Shown: positions 47,706 through 55,165 of the stretch, one piece after another
Position numbering within the stretch: the first letter of the stretch is position 1
Layout: each line of letters begins with the position of its first letter
Source: a virus
Direction: 5' to 3' (one strand)
IMG/VR virus record: IMGVR_UViG_3300009509_000004
Span: 42,759-106,758 of that record
DNA length: 64,000 nt
Translations under genes and position numbers: made by a program
The notes under the pieces: model-generated
Databases searched by the model: none
Seen by the model: the letters and a program-made list of their open reading frames with translations, nothing else
Told to the model about the DNA's origin: nothing

Positions 47706-48539
47706 TCAATCGAAGCAACCCGTGTTTCGCCAGTACACCTTGAGGTCTGGGTCGAAATACACGGTGTTGTCCGGTGACTCGTATGTTTGCCCCTTCTTGG
47801 CCCCTTCCCGCTCAAACGCCACCACGTAGGAATTGACGATGAACTCGCCGTTGCTGAATCGCAGCTGCGTCCAGCCCTTGTCGCAGAGCGCTTCCAGCGC
47901 GTTGTCGCTGATGGAGCACGGCAATTTGCGCTCTGGCTGCCTGACCTTGAGGATGTGATCGGGGTGGATCCAACGGACATCGCTTGGGCCTCTGAACCGT
48001 TTGCCCATCGCTGCCCCCATCGCCTTGAGCATCGCCAGATCCGACTCGATGCCCCTGAGATTGCGCTCGATGCCGACCTTGCCCGACTGGAAGTTGACTT
48101 TTGCCACCCGCTCCCACTTGCTGCCGTCCCTGTAATTGACCAACACCTCGTCACCGATGCTGATTTTTGTGCCGCTGGGTGCGTTGCGCCAAAATTGTGA
48201 CCCGTTGTAATCCAGATCGCCGATTGCCGCCCTGCCTCGCTCTGCCCGCGCCTGCTTCCGTTCTTGGACTTCCTGCTGCGTGCCTTCCATCTGTCCCAAC
48301 GCCTCGTTGAGCTGCTCCTGGGTGTATGTGCCCTTGGGCAGCCCCAAAAGCGCCTCGCCCTTGACCGTCCAAGCGTAGGTTTTGCCTGTGCGCTCGATGG
48401 GCGCAAGCGTGTACTCTCGCTTGCCTGCGTATTTGCCCCGCCTGATGTACCTGGCGCTTTGGATGACGCAATCGATCCTTTTGCCTTTCGACATGATGCT
48501 GACCGCGTCACCTACCTTGAGTGCTTTGAGATCTGTCAT
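47706..48539 (-). CDS. Early hypothetical protein with SH3/KOW-like repeats
   Basis: LKVGDAVSI and ISIGDEVLV; GGAGAACGG RBS. Confidence 0.7.
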   Translation of the reverse strand: MTDLKALKVGDAVSIMSKGKRIDCVIQSARYIRRGKYAGKREYTLAPIERTGKTYAWTVKGEALLGLPKGTYTQEQLNEALGQMEGTQQEVQERKQARAERGRAAIGDLDYNGSQFWRNAPSGTKISIGDEVLVNYRDGSKWERVAKVNFQSGKVGIERNLRGIESDLAMLKAMGAAMGKRFRGPSDVRWIHPDHILKVRQPERKLPCSISDNALEALCDKGWTQLRFSNGEFIVNSYVVAFEREGAKKGQTYESPDNTVYFDPDLKVYWRNTGCFD

Positions 48540-48593
48540 GCCCGTTCTCCTTGTTGGGTTGCCAACCCTCTTTGTTTTCTACTGAGCTGCCAC

Positions 48594-48881
48594 TTACAGC
48601 GCTGAAATTGCCGCCTCGATGTCTTCTGCCGATGCTCCGTTGAATTTCCCAAACTCCCTGACGCCTTTTTCGGTGATTTCTGCGAAGTAGTGCTTGACCT
48701 TGCGGGTGCGCTGCTCGCTGAAAACCTTGATGAGCCCTTCCTCGGTGAGCTGCTTGACCGCCTCGCCATATCCTGCCTGGAACCAATCTGGGCTGCGAAA
48801 GTTGGTGCCCAACTCGATGATGCCGCCGTTGGTGTTGAGGATGTTGATGAGAATGTCTTTTTGCGCCTCGTTGAAATTCAT
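48594..48881 (-). CDS. Winged-helix-like protein
   Basis: AVKQLTEEGLI...AEITEKG. Confidence 0.65.
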   Translation of the reverse strand: MNFNEAQKDILINILNTNGGIIELGTNFRSPDWFQAGYGEAVKQLTEEGLIKVFSEQRTRKVKHYFAEITEKGVREFGKFNGASAEDIEAAISAL

Positions 48882-48974
48882 CGTGACCTCCTATTCTTCA
48901 ATTATAGTTGGCTTGCTTCCAGAAGTCAAGAAAAAAACGACCTTGGAGGCAACTTTTTTTGGCTCCATCGTTCT
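48879..48974 (-). promoter_or_regulatory. Early module 3
   Basis: -35 at 48929-48924, -10 at 48906-48901. Confidence 0.88.
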
Positions 48975-49068
48975 CCACCTCCTTGACGATGTGTGTTTTT
49001 TATACACACACCTGCCCGTGGCCGCCTGGCTGGGCAGCCGCCTGCGCGCCCCGCTGCCGCCGCCGTGC

Positions 49069-49245
49069 CTACTGGCGGTGTGGCGGCTTGACCCGCTTGA
49101 CCTTGCCCGCCTTGGTGTTGCGGGAGTGGTTGGCCTTTGAGCGGGAAAAAAGGGTGCGGCAGAATCCGTCGTTGCGGTCGTTGTAGCTGCCGACCTCGAT
49201 GAAAAGCGCCTTGCGGATGGAGATCTGATTTGCGTTGTTGGTCAT
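49069..49245 (-). CDS. 58-aa basic early protein (below ORF-track cut-off)
   Basis: MTNNANQISIRKALFIEVGSYNDRNDGFCRTLFSRSKANHSRNTKAGKVKRVKPPHRQ directly after the module 4 RBS. Confidence 0.6.
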   Translation of the reverse strand: MTNNANQISIRKALFIEVGSYNDRNDGFCRTLFSRSKANHSRNTKAGKVKRVKPPHRQ

Positions 49246-49343
49246 GTCCGTTCTCCTTTGCCCTATTCTTCAATTATAGTTGGCTTGCTTCCAGAAGTCA
49301 AGAAAAAAGTTGCCTTGGGGCCAATTTTTTTTGACCCCAAGGC
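49243..49343 (-). promoter_or_regulatory. Early module 4
   Basis: -35 at 49301-49296, -10 at 49278-49273; 13-bp upstream stem. Confidence 0.88.
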
Positions 49344-49355
49344 GTGACACCTCCC

Positions 49356-49583
49356 TCAATAGACGATCCAACCCCGCCCCATGTTGTCCCTGCGTCGTGG
49401 GATGTCCTCTGCCGGCACGTCCAACTTCCCTGCGTACACCCCGACCATCAGCGGATCGTCGCAGACGATCCCAACACAAGTGGAACCGTACATACAACGC
49501 CCCGAATATGTTGGGCGCACGCTCGCCTCGTATCCGTCTGACTCCAACGCCTCCACGATTTTCTCTGCTTGCTCCAACGTCAT
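49356..49583 (-). CDS. Conserved small phage protein (YSGRxMYGxxC)
   Basis: Motif; GGAGAACGG RBS. Confidence 0.7.
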   Translation of the reverse strand: MTLEQAEKIVEALESDGYEASVRPTYSGRCMYGSTCVGIVCDDPLMVGVYAGKLDVPAEDIPRRRDNMGRGWIVY

Positions 49584-49596
49584 GTCCGTTCTCCTT

Positions 49597-49902
49597 TCAA
49601 TCCAAAGTGAAGCGCACGACCCAGCCTGAACCGTGCGCGGCGTGAGTGTATTGAACGGGTGCGCTCGCCTGCCGTAGCTGACCGCCGTGGAGGTGGTGGA
49701 AGTAGGGTTGCCGGATGAGCGCCCTCAAAACCACCTCCTGGACCTTCCTGATGTCCTGGAAGTCTGCTGGCGAGTCTGCGAGCACGGTGACCTCTGCTCC
49801 GATGACCTGATATGGGTCGTGCTGGCGACCTCTCGCTGCCGCTTTGACCATTAGACTGGGCCTGAACCCAGCCTTGATCGGATTTTGGTGGATGACCTTC
49901 AT
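49597..49902 (-). CDS. Hypothetical protein
   Basis: 101 aa; ATGA overlap. Confidence 0.55.
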   Translation of the reverse strand: MKVIHQNPIKAGFRPSLMVKAAARGRQHDPYQVIGAEVTVLADSPADFQDIRKVQEVVLRALIRQPYFHHLHGGQLRQASAPVQYTHAAHGSGWVVRFTLD

Positions 49903-50084
49903 TCTCGCTTCCCCTCGACCTCGACTGAGAATTTCAACTCAATGTCGTATCCGTTCTCAGGATTTTCGTGAACAAAATCGACCATTTCCTTGAGCGCTTC
50001 CATTGCCTCCTGCCAGGAAAGATCCCGATCTGTACACCGACCGTCCACCCAAAATTCCACTTTTTTCAGTAGTTTTGTCTTCAT
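49899..50084 (-). CDS. 61-aa hypothetical protein
   Basis: MKTKLLKKVEFW...; GGAGAACGG RBS. Confidence 0.6.
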   Translation of the reverse strand: MKTKLLKKVEFWVDGRCTDRDLSWQEAMEALKEMVDFVHENPENGYDIELKFSVEVEGKRE

Positions 50085-50097
50085 TGCCCGTTCTCCC

Positions 50098-50577
50098 TTA
50101 GCTGCTTGCCAAGCCAAAAAATACAAAAACTTTGCCGTGTCGCCCCGCCATCCCGTAGCGCTTTTTGTACTCGACCGTTGCGCTGTAGCCCAACTCGATG
50201 GCGAGCGCTGGCCCCCACTTGTCGTTGTAGCGCCTGGCGTGACTGAGCGCCCAGGTGCGATACTGCTTGGGAACCTGACGGATGAAATTGCGCTTGGCCT
50301 CTTTGTCGTCTGAATCCGACTCCTGGAAGAATGCCGCCGCCTCGATCCAACCGATGGCCTTGCCGACCTTGACCTGCTTGTTGGGAAGCTGGATGAGGGT
50401 GTAACCGTGCTTGGAAGCGATGTCGCCGCTGTAGCTGTAGAGATCCTCATCGCAAGCGTCGTATCCGTCGCAAGCCATATCCGCCCGCCTCTCGCTGGCC
50501 GCCTGGTCTTGCGCGTTGCGGAAAGCCGCCCCGATGTCTTTGCCAAATGCCGTCGTTGAGAATTCACATGCGCCCAT
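50098..50577 (-). CDS. Conserved phage hypothetical protein
   Basis: MGACEF...AF..A...YSGDIASK...KWGPALAI...FFGLAS. Confidence 0.75.
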   Translation of the reverse strand: MGACEFSTTAFGKDIGAAFRNAQDQAASERRADMACDGYDACDEDLYSYSGDIASKHGYTLIQLPNKQVKVGKAIGWIEAAAFFQESDSDDKEAKRNFIRQVPKQYRTWALSHARRYNDKWGPALAIELGYSATVEYKKRYGMAGRHGKVFVFFGLASS

Positions 50578-50682
50578 TTCCGTTCTCCTTTTGTTTGCCC
50601 TATTCTTCAATTATAGTTGGCTTGCTTCCAGAAGTCAAGAAAAAAACGACCTTGGAGGCAACTTTTTTTGTCTCCAAGGTCG
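50575..50682 (-). promoter_or_regulatory. Early module 5
   Basis: -35 at 50638-50633, -10 at 50615-50610; CGACCTTGGAG/CTCCAAGGTCG stem followed by T7. Confidence 0.88.
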
Positions 50683-50692
50683 CCATCTCCCC

Positions 50693-51028
50693 TCACTCTC
50701 CTTTCACAAACCAATCGACAGGGGCAAGCCCCAAGTATCCGTTCAGCCGCTCAAATACCTCGTTGGCGTCCAAGCAACCCTCGATCCGACTCCGCACCGC
50801 CTCCACGAAACACCGCGCCCCGATTGTCGAGACAACGCCGTTGAGAATCAGCCAACGGCCATCAGCGATCTCGATCTCCACCATCTTCCCATCTTCCTCA
50901 AATAGAATCTGGGCAGCTGTCTCGCCCTCGCCCACCTCCCACGTATAGTGGGCACCCTCGCCATCGCCGTCCACGAAAAACCCAGCAACGATGGCTCTCT
51001 TGGTCTCTTTGATTTTCTTCTTCATCAT
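50693..51028 (-). CDS. Hypothetical protein
   Basis: GGAGAACGG RBS; after module 6. Confidence 0.6.
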   Translation of the reverse strand: MMKKKIKETKRAIVAGFFVDGDGEGAHYTWEVGEGETAAQILFEEDGKMVEIEIADGRWLILNGVVSTIGARCFVEAVRSRIEGCLDANEVFERLNGYLGLAPVDWFVKGE

Positions 51029-51140
51029 CCGTTCTCCTTTCAAGTTGGTATGCCGTCCAACCATACTTCAATTATAGTTGACACCCCCGACTATTTTTGG
51101 TCCATTTTGCAGGTTGGAGGCAATTTTTTTTGTCTCCACG
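51026..51140 (-). promoter_or_regulatory. Early module 6 (degenerate -35, intact TATAAT and leader)
   Basis: -10 at 51076-51071. Confidence 0.6.
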
Positions 51141-51373
51141 TACTTTTTTTGAGAGCCAATTTTTTTTTGCCTCCACGTTCTTTTTCTCTTGACTTCTGCT
51201 CCCCAATTTTCTCAATTTCCAAAGTCTATTGAATAGATTGCGGAGAACCCACGCCCGCTTGGCTCGTTTGCGTCGTGCCTCTCGCTCAAGCCCCGCTTGG
51301 ATATGCTCCACCCATGCCGCTCGATGTGGGTTTTCTTGGCTCTGCCGATCTTGCAATTGCGGAAAGCCACGTC

Positions 51374-51433
51374 AAAAAAAGTTGGCTCTGAAGTCTCTTT
51401 TTTCTTGACTACAACTTCTTTTGGCGTTATACT
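51374..51433 (+). promoter_or_regulatory. Plus-strand promoter of the same family (A7 GTTGG...TTTTTTC TTGACT-17-TATACT)
   Basis: -35 at 51405-51410, -10 at 51428-51433. Confidence 0.8.
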
Positions 51434-51439
51434 ATACTT

Positions 51440-51580
51440 GCGGGGTGTATGCTGCATTCGCGTGCTACCGTTTGCCTGAACCTTCTAACGCGCCGCGTTA
51501 GAGCAAGGCAGATCTCCCCCTTCCTCCCCAGCGGTGCTGGTAGGTACCAGTACTGTCCTGGATGTGCTTCCACCTGCTCC
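51440..51580 (+). ncRNA. Putative structured small RNA
   Basis: Follows the plus-strand promoter; no ORF; stems 51471-51512 and 51531-51556 with G-U pairs valid only on + strand; C-rich linker. Confidence 0.55.
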
Positions 51581-51792
51581 TACGGCAGAACGTGGACCAC
51601 GGTGAAGCCTCTCGACTGCGCCGTGGCCTTGGCCTGCTGGCGTGCCTCGGTGAAGGTGCCGGTGAAGCTGACCCAATTATCCATGTTGTCTGGATCGTCG
51701 CCCAGAGCGAACATCCACGCCCCAAAACCCTTGGGTTGCTTCATGTGACTGCGGAAGAATGCTGCGGTTTCAACTGATACTCTCTTTGCCAT
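51580..51792 (-). CDS. Conserved small phage protein (SHxKxPxGxGxWxF)
   Basis: Motif; after module 7. Confidence 0.75.
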   Translation of the reverse strand: MAKRVSVETAAFFRSHMKQPKGFGAWMFALGDDPDNMDNWVSFTGTFTEARQQAKATAQSRGFTVVHVLP

Positions 51793-51885
51793 GTCCGTTC
51801 TCCTTTGCCCTATTCTTCAATTATAGTTGGCTTGCTTCCAGAAGTCAAGAAAAAAACGACCTTGGAGCCAACTTTTTTTGACCCA
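51790..51885 (-). promoter_or_regulatory. Early module 7
   Basis: -35 at 51848-51843, -10 at 51825-51820. Confidence 0.88.
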
Positions 51886-51913
51886 CCACTTCCACTGAGC
51901 AATGCCCTGAACA

Positions 51914-51947
51914 GAAAAGTAGGAGTGCCCCACAACGGGGCACTCCT
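51914..51947 (-). terminator. Intrinsic terminator
   Basis: AGGAGTGCCCC-GTTGT-GGGGCACTCCT-ACTTTTC. Confidence 0.7.
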
Positions 51948-51977
51948 TGGGCAAATGGAGAACGGATGACGATCTGG

Positions 51978-52586
51978 TCAGCGCTGATCTGTCTTCAAGA
52001 TCCCAAAGCGCTGCGTGAGCTTGTATTCATCGATGAGCTGATCTGCGATGTCCTTGTTGCCCAGCTCTTGGGCAAGCATCGTCAGCACCAACCCGATGAT
52101 GTTGTGCGTGTAGTTGCCATTCTGTTGGAGTGCTCGCCTGATGCGCGATCTCGCCTTGGTGACTGCTTCTGGCTCGTTGTCCGGCACCTTGTCGCAGATG
52201 CACTCGACCCTGCCGCAGATCTCACAAAGTGGGCGTGGGGCTGGCTTTTCCGATTTGCTGGGTGCCTTCTTGGCCTCCCTCGCTGCCTCCCCTGCCGCCT
52301 CTCGTGTTTTCGATTTGATCTTGACCTTCCCCTTGGGCTTGGTCTGCTTTTTGCCTCCTTGCTGTGTTTCTGCGTGCTGGCCCTCGCTGGGTGCCTCTGG
52401 TGCCGTGTAGCCTTTCTCTCTGATGTCGCCGTGAGCTTCGCAATCTGGATTGCGACAGAATGCGTATGGGTCAGACTTCTTGACTGACCTGTACTTGCCT
52501 GCCGCCTGAAGCTCTGGGTCTGGCATGTGCTTGAAGAGAATCTTGCCGCACGCGGGACAAGGTGGCTGTTTTGGTCTGCCTGCCAT
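51978..52586 (-). CDS. Zn-finger early protein
   Basis: CPAC...CRNPDC and CEIC..CIC; AGGAGG RBS. Confidence 0.7.
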   Translation of the reverse strand: MAGRPKQPPCPACGKILFKHMPDPELQAAGKYRSVKKSDPYAFCRNPDCEAHGDIREKGYTAPEAPSEGQHAETQQGGKKQTKPKGKVKIKSKTREAAGEAAREAKKAPSKSEKPAPRPLCEICGRVECICDKVPDNEPEAVTKARSRIRRALQQNGNYTHNIIGLVLTMLAQELGNKDIADQLIDEYKLTQRFGILKTDQR

Positions 52587-52598
52587 GGTAGCCTCCTG

Positions 52599-53183
52599 TT
52601 ATGCCCGCTCGATGACGGTTGCTAGGTTGAAAAGTGCCTCGCTGATTTCGCTGCGCCCCTTGACCTCTGCGACCTCTGCGAGACTGAGGGTGCGCTCGAT
52701 GGCGCTGTCCCTGTCGTAACTGAACTGCTGCGTTTGCGCGACTTGAAGCGCCTTGTCGGTGTACTCTTTGGCCGTCGTGAACTCGTGACCGTTGAGCGCC
52801 CGCTCGATGACCTGAAGCGCCTCTTGAACGATGTGGACGGTGACCTTGCCGTAGCTGGTGCTGCGACGGTTGCCTGCGTAGGTGGTGCGCGTCCAAACCT
52901 GGTAGCCCTTTGCGCGCTTGATTTGCTGGGCCTGCTCCCAAAGCTCCTTTGCGATGGCCCAAGTGAAAGTGACCTCGGTGATCTCGACTGCCGACTTGAC
53001 AAACGCCTTGCTTTCGCCGTGTCGGGTGCTGGCCCCGCCGTTGCGCGCTTCCTTGGCGCTGCTTACCTCGCCCCAACACCGCACGATGGCTTCTGGCTTG
53101 GCGCGAAAGTCGATGGCCTGAACGATGTACTTGCGACCCGTTGCTTTGACTTCTGCGATGCGTTCTTTTCTGATTGGCTTCAT
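52599..53183 (-). CDS. Early hypothetical protein
   Basis: 194 aa after module 8. Confidence 0.7.
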   Translation of the reverse strand: MKPIRKERIAEVKATGRKYIVQAIDFRAKPEAIVRCWGEVSSAKEARNGGASTRHGESKAFVKSAVEITEVTFTWAIAKELWEQAQQIKRAKGYQVWTRTTYAGNRRSTSYGKVTVHIVQEALQVIERALNGHEFTTAKEYTDKALQVAQTQQFSYDRDSAIERTLSLAEVAEVKGRSEISEALFNLATVIERA

Positions 53184-53278
53184 TCCCGTTCTCCTTTGCC
53201 CTATTCTTCAATTATAGTTGAAGCCAATCCAGAAGTCAAGAAAAAAGTTGCCTTGGAGGCAATTTTTTTTGGCCCCTC
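53181..53278 (-). promoter_or_regulatory. Early module 8
   Basis: -35 at 53239-53234, -10 at 53216-53211. Confidence 0.85.
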
Positions 53279-53513
53279 ATCCGATGTTGATTTTCTTGAG
53301 CCTCTCAATGGGCACCCTGTCATTCGGATCGCCGTTCAACTCGATCTCTGTCGGGATGTCAATGCCAATCTCGTTGAACACGATGTGTCGCATCTCAAAC
53401 CCGCTGATCCGCCCCTCACGCTGGATGCCTTCTGAAGTCTCCAATCGCACAAACTCGCCAACTGAGTTGACCAGCTCGTCAATCCATTTCCCTGTCTCGC
53501 TCTTGTTCGCCAT
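53277..53513 (-). CDS. Sm/Hfq-like fold protein (candidate)
   Basis: Helix then VRLETSEGIQREGRISGFEM (Sm1-like) and VPIERLKKI (Sm2-like); AGGAGG RBS. Confidence 0.5.
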   Translation of the reverse strand: MANKSETGKWIDELVNSVGEFVRLETSEGIQREGRISGFEMRHIVFNEIGIDIPTEIELNGDPNDRVPIERLKKINIG

Positions 53514-53718
53514 TTTTTGCCTCCTGTGGTTCTGCGCAGTCAATGCTGCAAAATTTTTTGGTTTTGGGCACGTCAGCGCCGCACCTGACGCATCGTCCAA
53601 GCCTGAAAAATGAGATCGCACCTGCCTTCAACAGCTCACTGAATGCAGACCTCTCTGCTGTGGTCATGTATTCTTTCTTGGGGTCAAACCGCCACAGCGT
53701 TGTCTGCTTCAATCCCAT
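53479..53718 (-). CDS. Zn-ribbon protein (CxxCG...FCSxxC)
   Basis: CVRCGADVPKTKKFCSIDC. Confidence 0.55.
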   Translation of the reverse strand: MGLKQTTLWRFDPKKEYMTTAERSAFSELLKAGAISFFRLGRCVRCGADVPKTKKFCSIDCAEPQEAKNGEQERDREMD

Positions 53719-54257
53719 CAACTGCCCTCCTTTGCCGCCCAATCCACCCCCATGTAGCAGATCTTTGGCGCGTTCTCAAGATGCACCATGGCGATGCCCA
53801 ATTTGGCCGCTGACTCCAATGCCCACCTCGCCTTGTCTCCGTCGTGCTGTGGGTCTTTGTATTGCTCCGCATACACAACCCGCTTGATTCTGGCATTGAT
53901 GATAACGCCCATACAGTTGCGACATGGGCTTGCTGATGTGTACATCGTTGTGTCTGCCGTGGAAGCGCCCATCACGCCTGCTTGGATGATCGCGTTGATT
54001 TCTGCGTGGACGCATCGGATGCAATGTCCACCTTCCATTTCACATCCAGCGTCCAAACAATGGACAAGTCCCTCTGGTGATCCGTTGTACCCTGTGGAGA
54101 CAATGTGGCCGTCCCTGACCAAGACAGCCCCGACCTTCCTGCGCTTGCAAGTAGCTCTTGAAGCAACCGCCTGAGCAATCGCCATGAAGTATTCATCCTT
54201 GCTTGGTCGCACAGCTTCGCCTCCTTGACTCGACTCCAAAATTGGTGCGCCTTCCAT
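53718..54257 (-). CDS. dCMP deaminase
   Basis: RATC.RRKVGA, TGYNG, HAEINA, PCRNC. Confidence 0.92.
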   Translation of the reverse strand: MEGAPILESSQGGEAVRPSKDEYFMAIAQAVASRATCKRRKVGAVLVRDGHIVSTGYNGSPEGLVHCLDAGCEMEGGHCIRCVHAEINAIIQAGVMGASTADTTMYTSASPCRNCMGVIINARIKRVVYAEQYKDPQHDGDKARWALESAAKLGIAMVHLENAPKICYMGVDWAAKEGS

Positions 54258-54576
54258 TGCGCCAAAACTGGGCAGCCATCTCAGCCCCGATGATGTTGAC
54301 CAGTTTGCTTTTGTGGATGAGGGCCATGCCGTTGATACCTGCCGCCTTGAGCCCTTCTTCAGACTCGTGCAGGATGTCGTATGAGCCCAACCAATCCATC
54401 AATCTTGTGCCTGCGATGACCACATAGTCCTTGAATCGCCCTTTTACCTTGTTTGCCAACATCAAGTCACGTATGACTTTTGCATTAGCTGTTGGCGCTG
54501 GTGGCAACGTTTTGCCTGTTTTCTGTTTCTTGGGCACATATTTCTTGGCCCGCTTGCTCTTTTTCTTAGTTGCCAT
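54193..54576 (-). CDS. Basic hypothetical protein
   Basis: 127 aa; GGAGGTG RBS. Confidence 0.55.
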   Translation of the reverse strand: MATKKKSKRAKKYVPKKQKTGKTLPPAPTANAKVIRDLMLANKVKGRFKDYVVIAGTRLMDWLGSYDILHESEEGLKAAGINGMALIHKSKLVNIIGAEMAAQFWRNGRRTNFGVESRRRSCATKQG

Positions 54577-55165
54577 TGGCCACCTCCCAAGCCTTTTTGA
54601 TGTCGCTCAACATCTGGCTCTTGATGCTCTCTTTGCCACCCATTCTGTTCAGGTATGAAGGGTGGAAAGTTGGGATGGCCGTGAACTCGAATACAGCACC
54701 ATGGTCAGCGAGCAACACCACATCGGTGACCTCGCCCCTCCACTTGCTGATTGCCTGGATGCCCGCAAGCCTCTTGGCTGCTGTGCCGCCCATCAAGAGC
54801 AGCACCTTGGGCATCACAATTGCGAGCAACGCCGTCAGCCGATCTCGGCACGCCTTTGCCTCTTCAATGGATGGCTCTCTGTTATTTGGCGGTCTGCAGC
54901 CTACGATATTGGCCACAAACACATCTTTCTCTGGTTTCAGCCCCGCCTCGATGAGCAGTTGGTCAAGACGCCTCCCAGCCGCCCCTACAAATGGGATGCC
55001 CAATTTGTCCTCGTCAGCCCCTGGCCCCTCGCCGATGAGCGCCAGCTTTGCACCTGGACTTCCCCTCCAGTTGACGACCTGTTTGCGCATTTGGTGCAAT
55101 TGGCACCTTGAACAATCGCTCCACTTTGAGCACAGCGCATCCAGCATCTTGATCCTGTGCATCAT
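54566..55165 (-). CDS. Uracil-DNA glycosylase, family 4
   Basis: [32 protein letters not shown]. Confidence 0.92.
   Translation of the reverse strand: MMHRIKMLDALCSKWSDCSRCQLHQMRKQVVNWRGSPGAKLALIGEGPGADEDKLGIPFVGAAGRRLDQLLIEAGLKPEKDVFVANIVGCRPPNNREPSIEEAKACRDRLTALLAIVMPKVLLLMGGTAAKRLAGIQAISKWRGEVTDVVLLADHGAVFEFTAIPTFHPSYLNRMGGKESIKSQMLSDIKKAWEVANGN

Noticed and set aside
48891-48968. Repeat-encoded peptide MEPKKVASKVVFFLTSGSKPTIIEE (similar frames at modules 2 and 5)
   Set aside because: The apparent starts come from TGGAG, which is needed to pair with CTCCA in the terminator stem. No in-frame start was found in module 7.
51966-52487. Plus-strand 173-aa ORF preceded by GGAGAACGG
   Set aside because: Fully antisense to a credible Zn-finger gene, with shadow-like composition. 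The motif is better explained as an antisense element, though not fully excluded.
45640-53278. Dispersed ~70-bp repeats as a CRISPR array or integron attC sites
   Set aside because: Spacing is 0.4-1.7 kb with whole genes between copies. The repeats contain consensus -35/-10 boxes, and no cas or integrase gene is seen.
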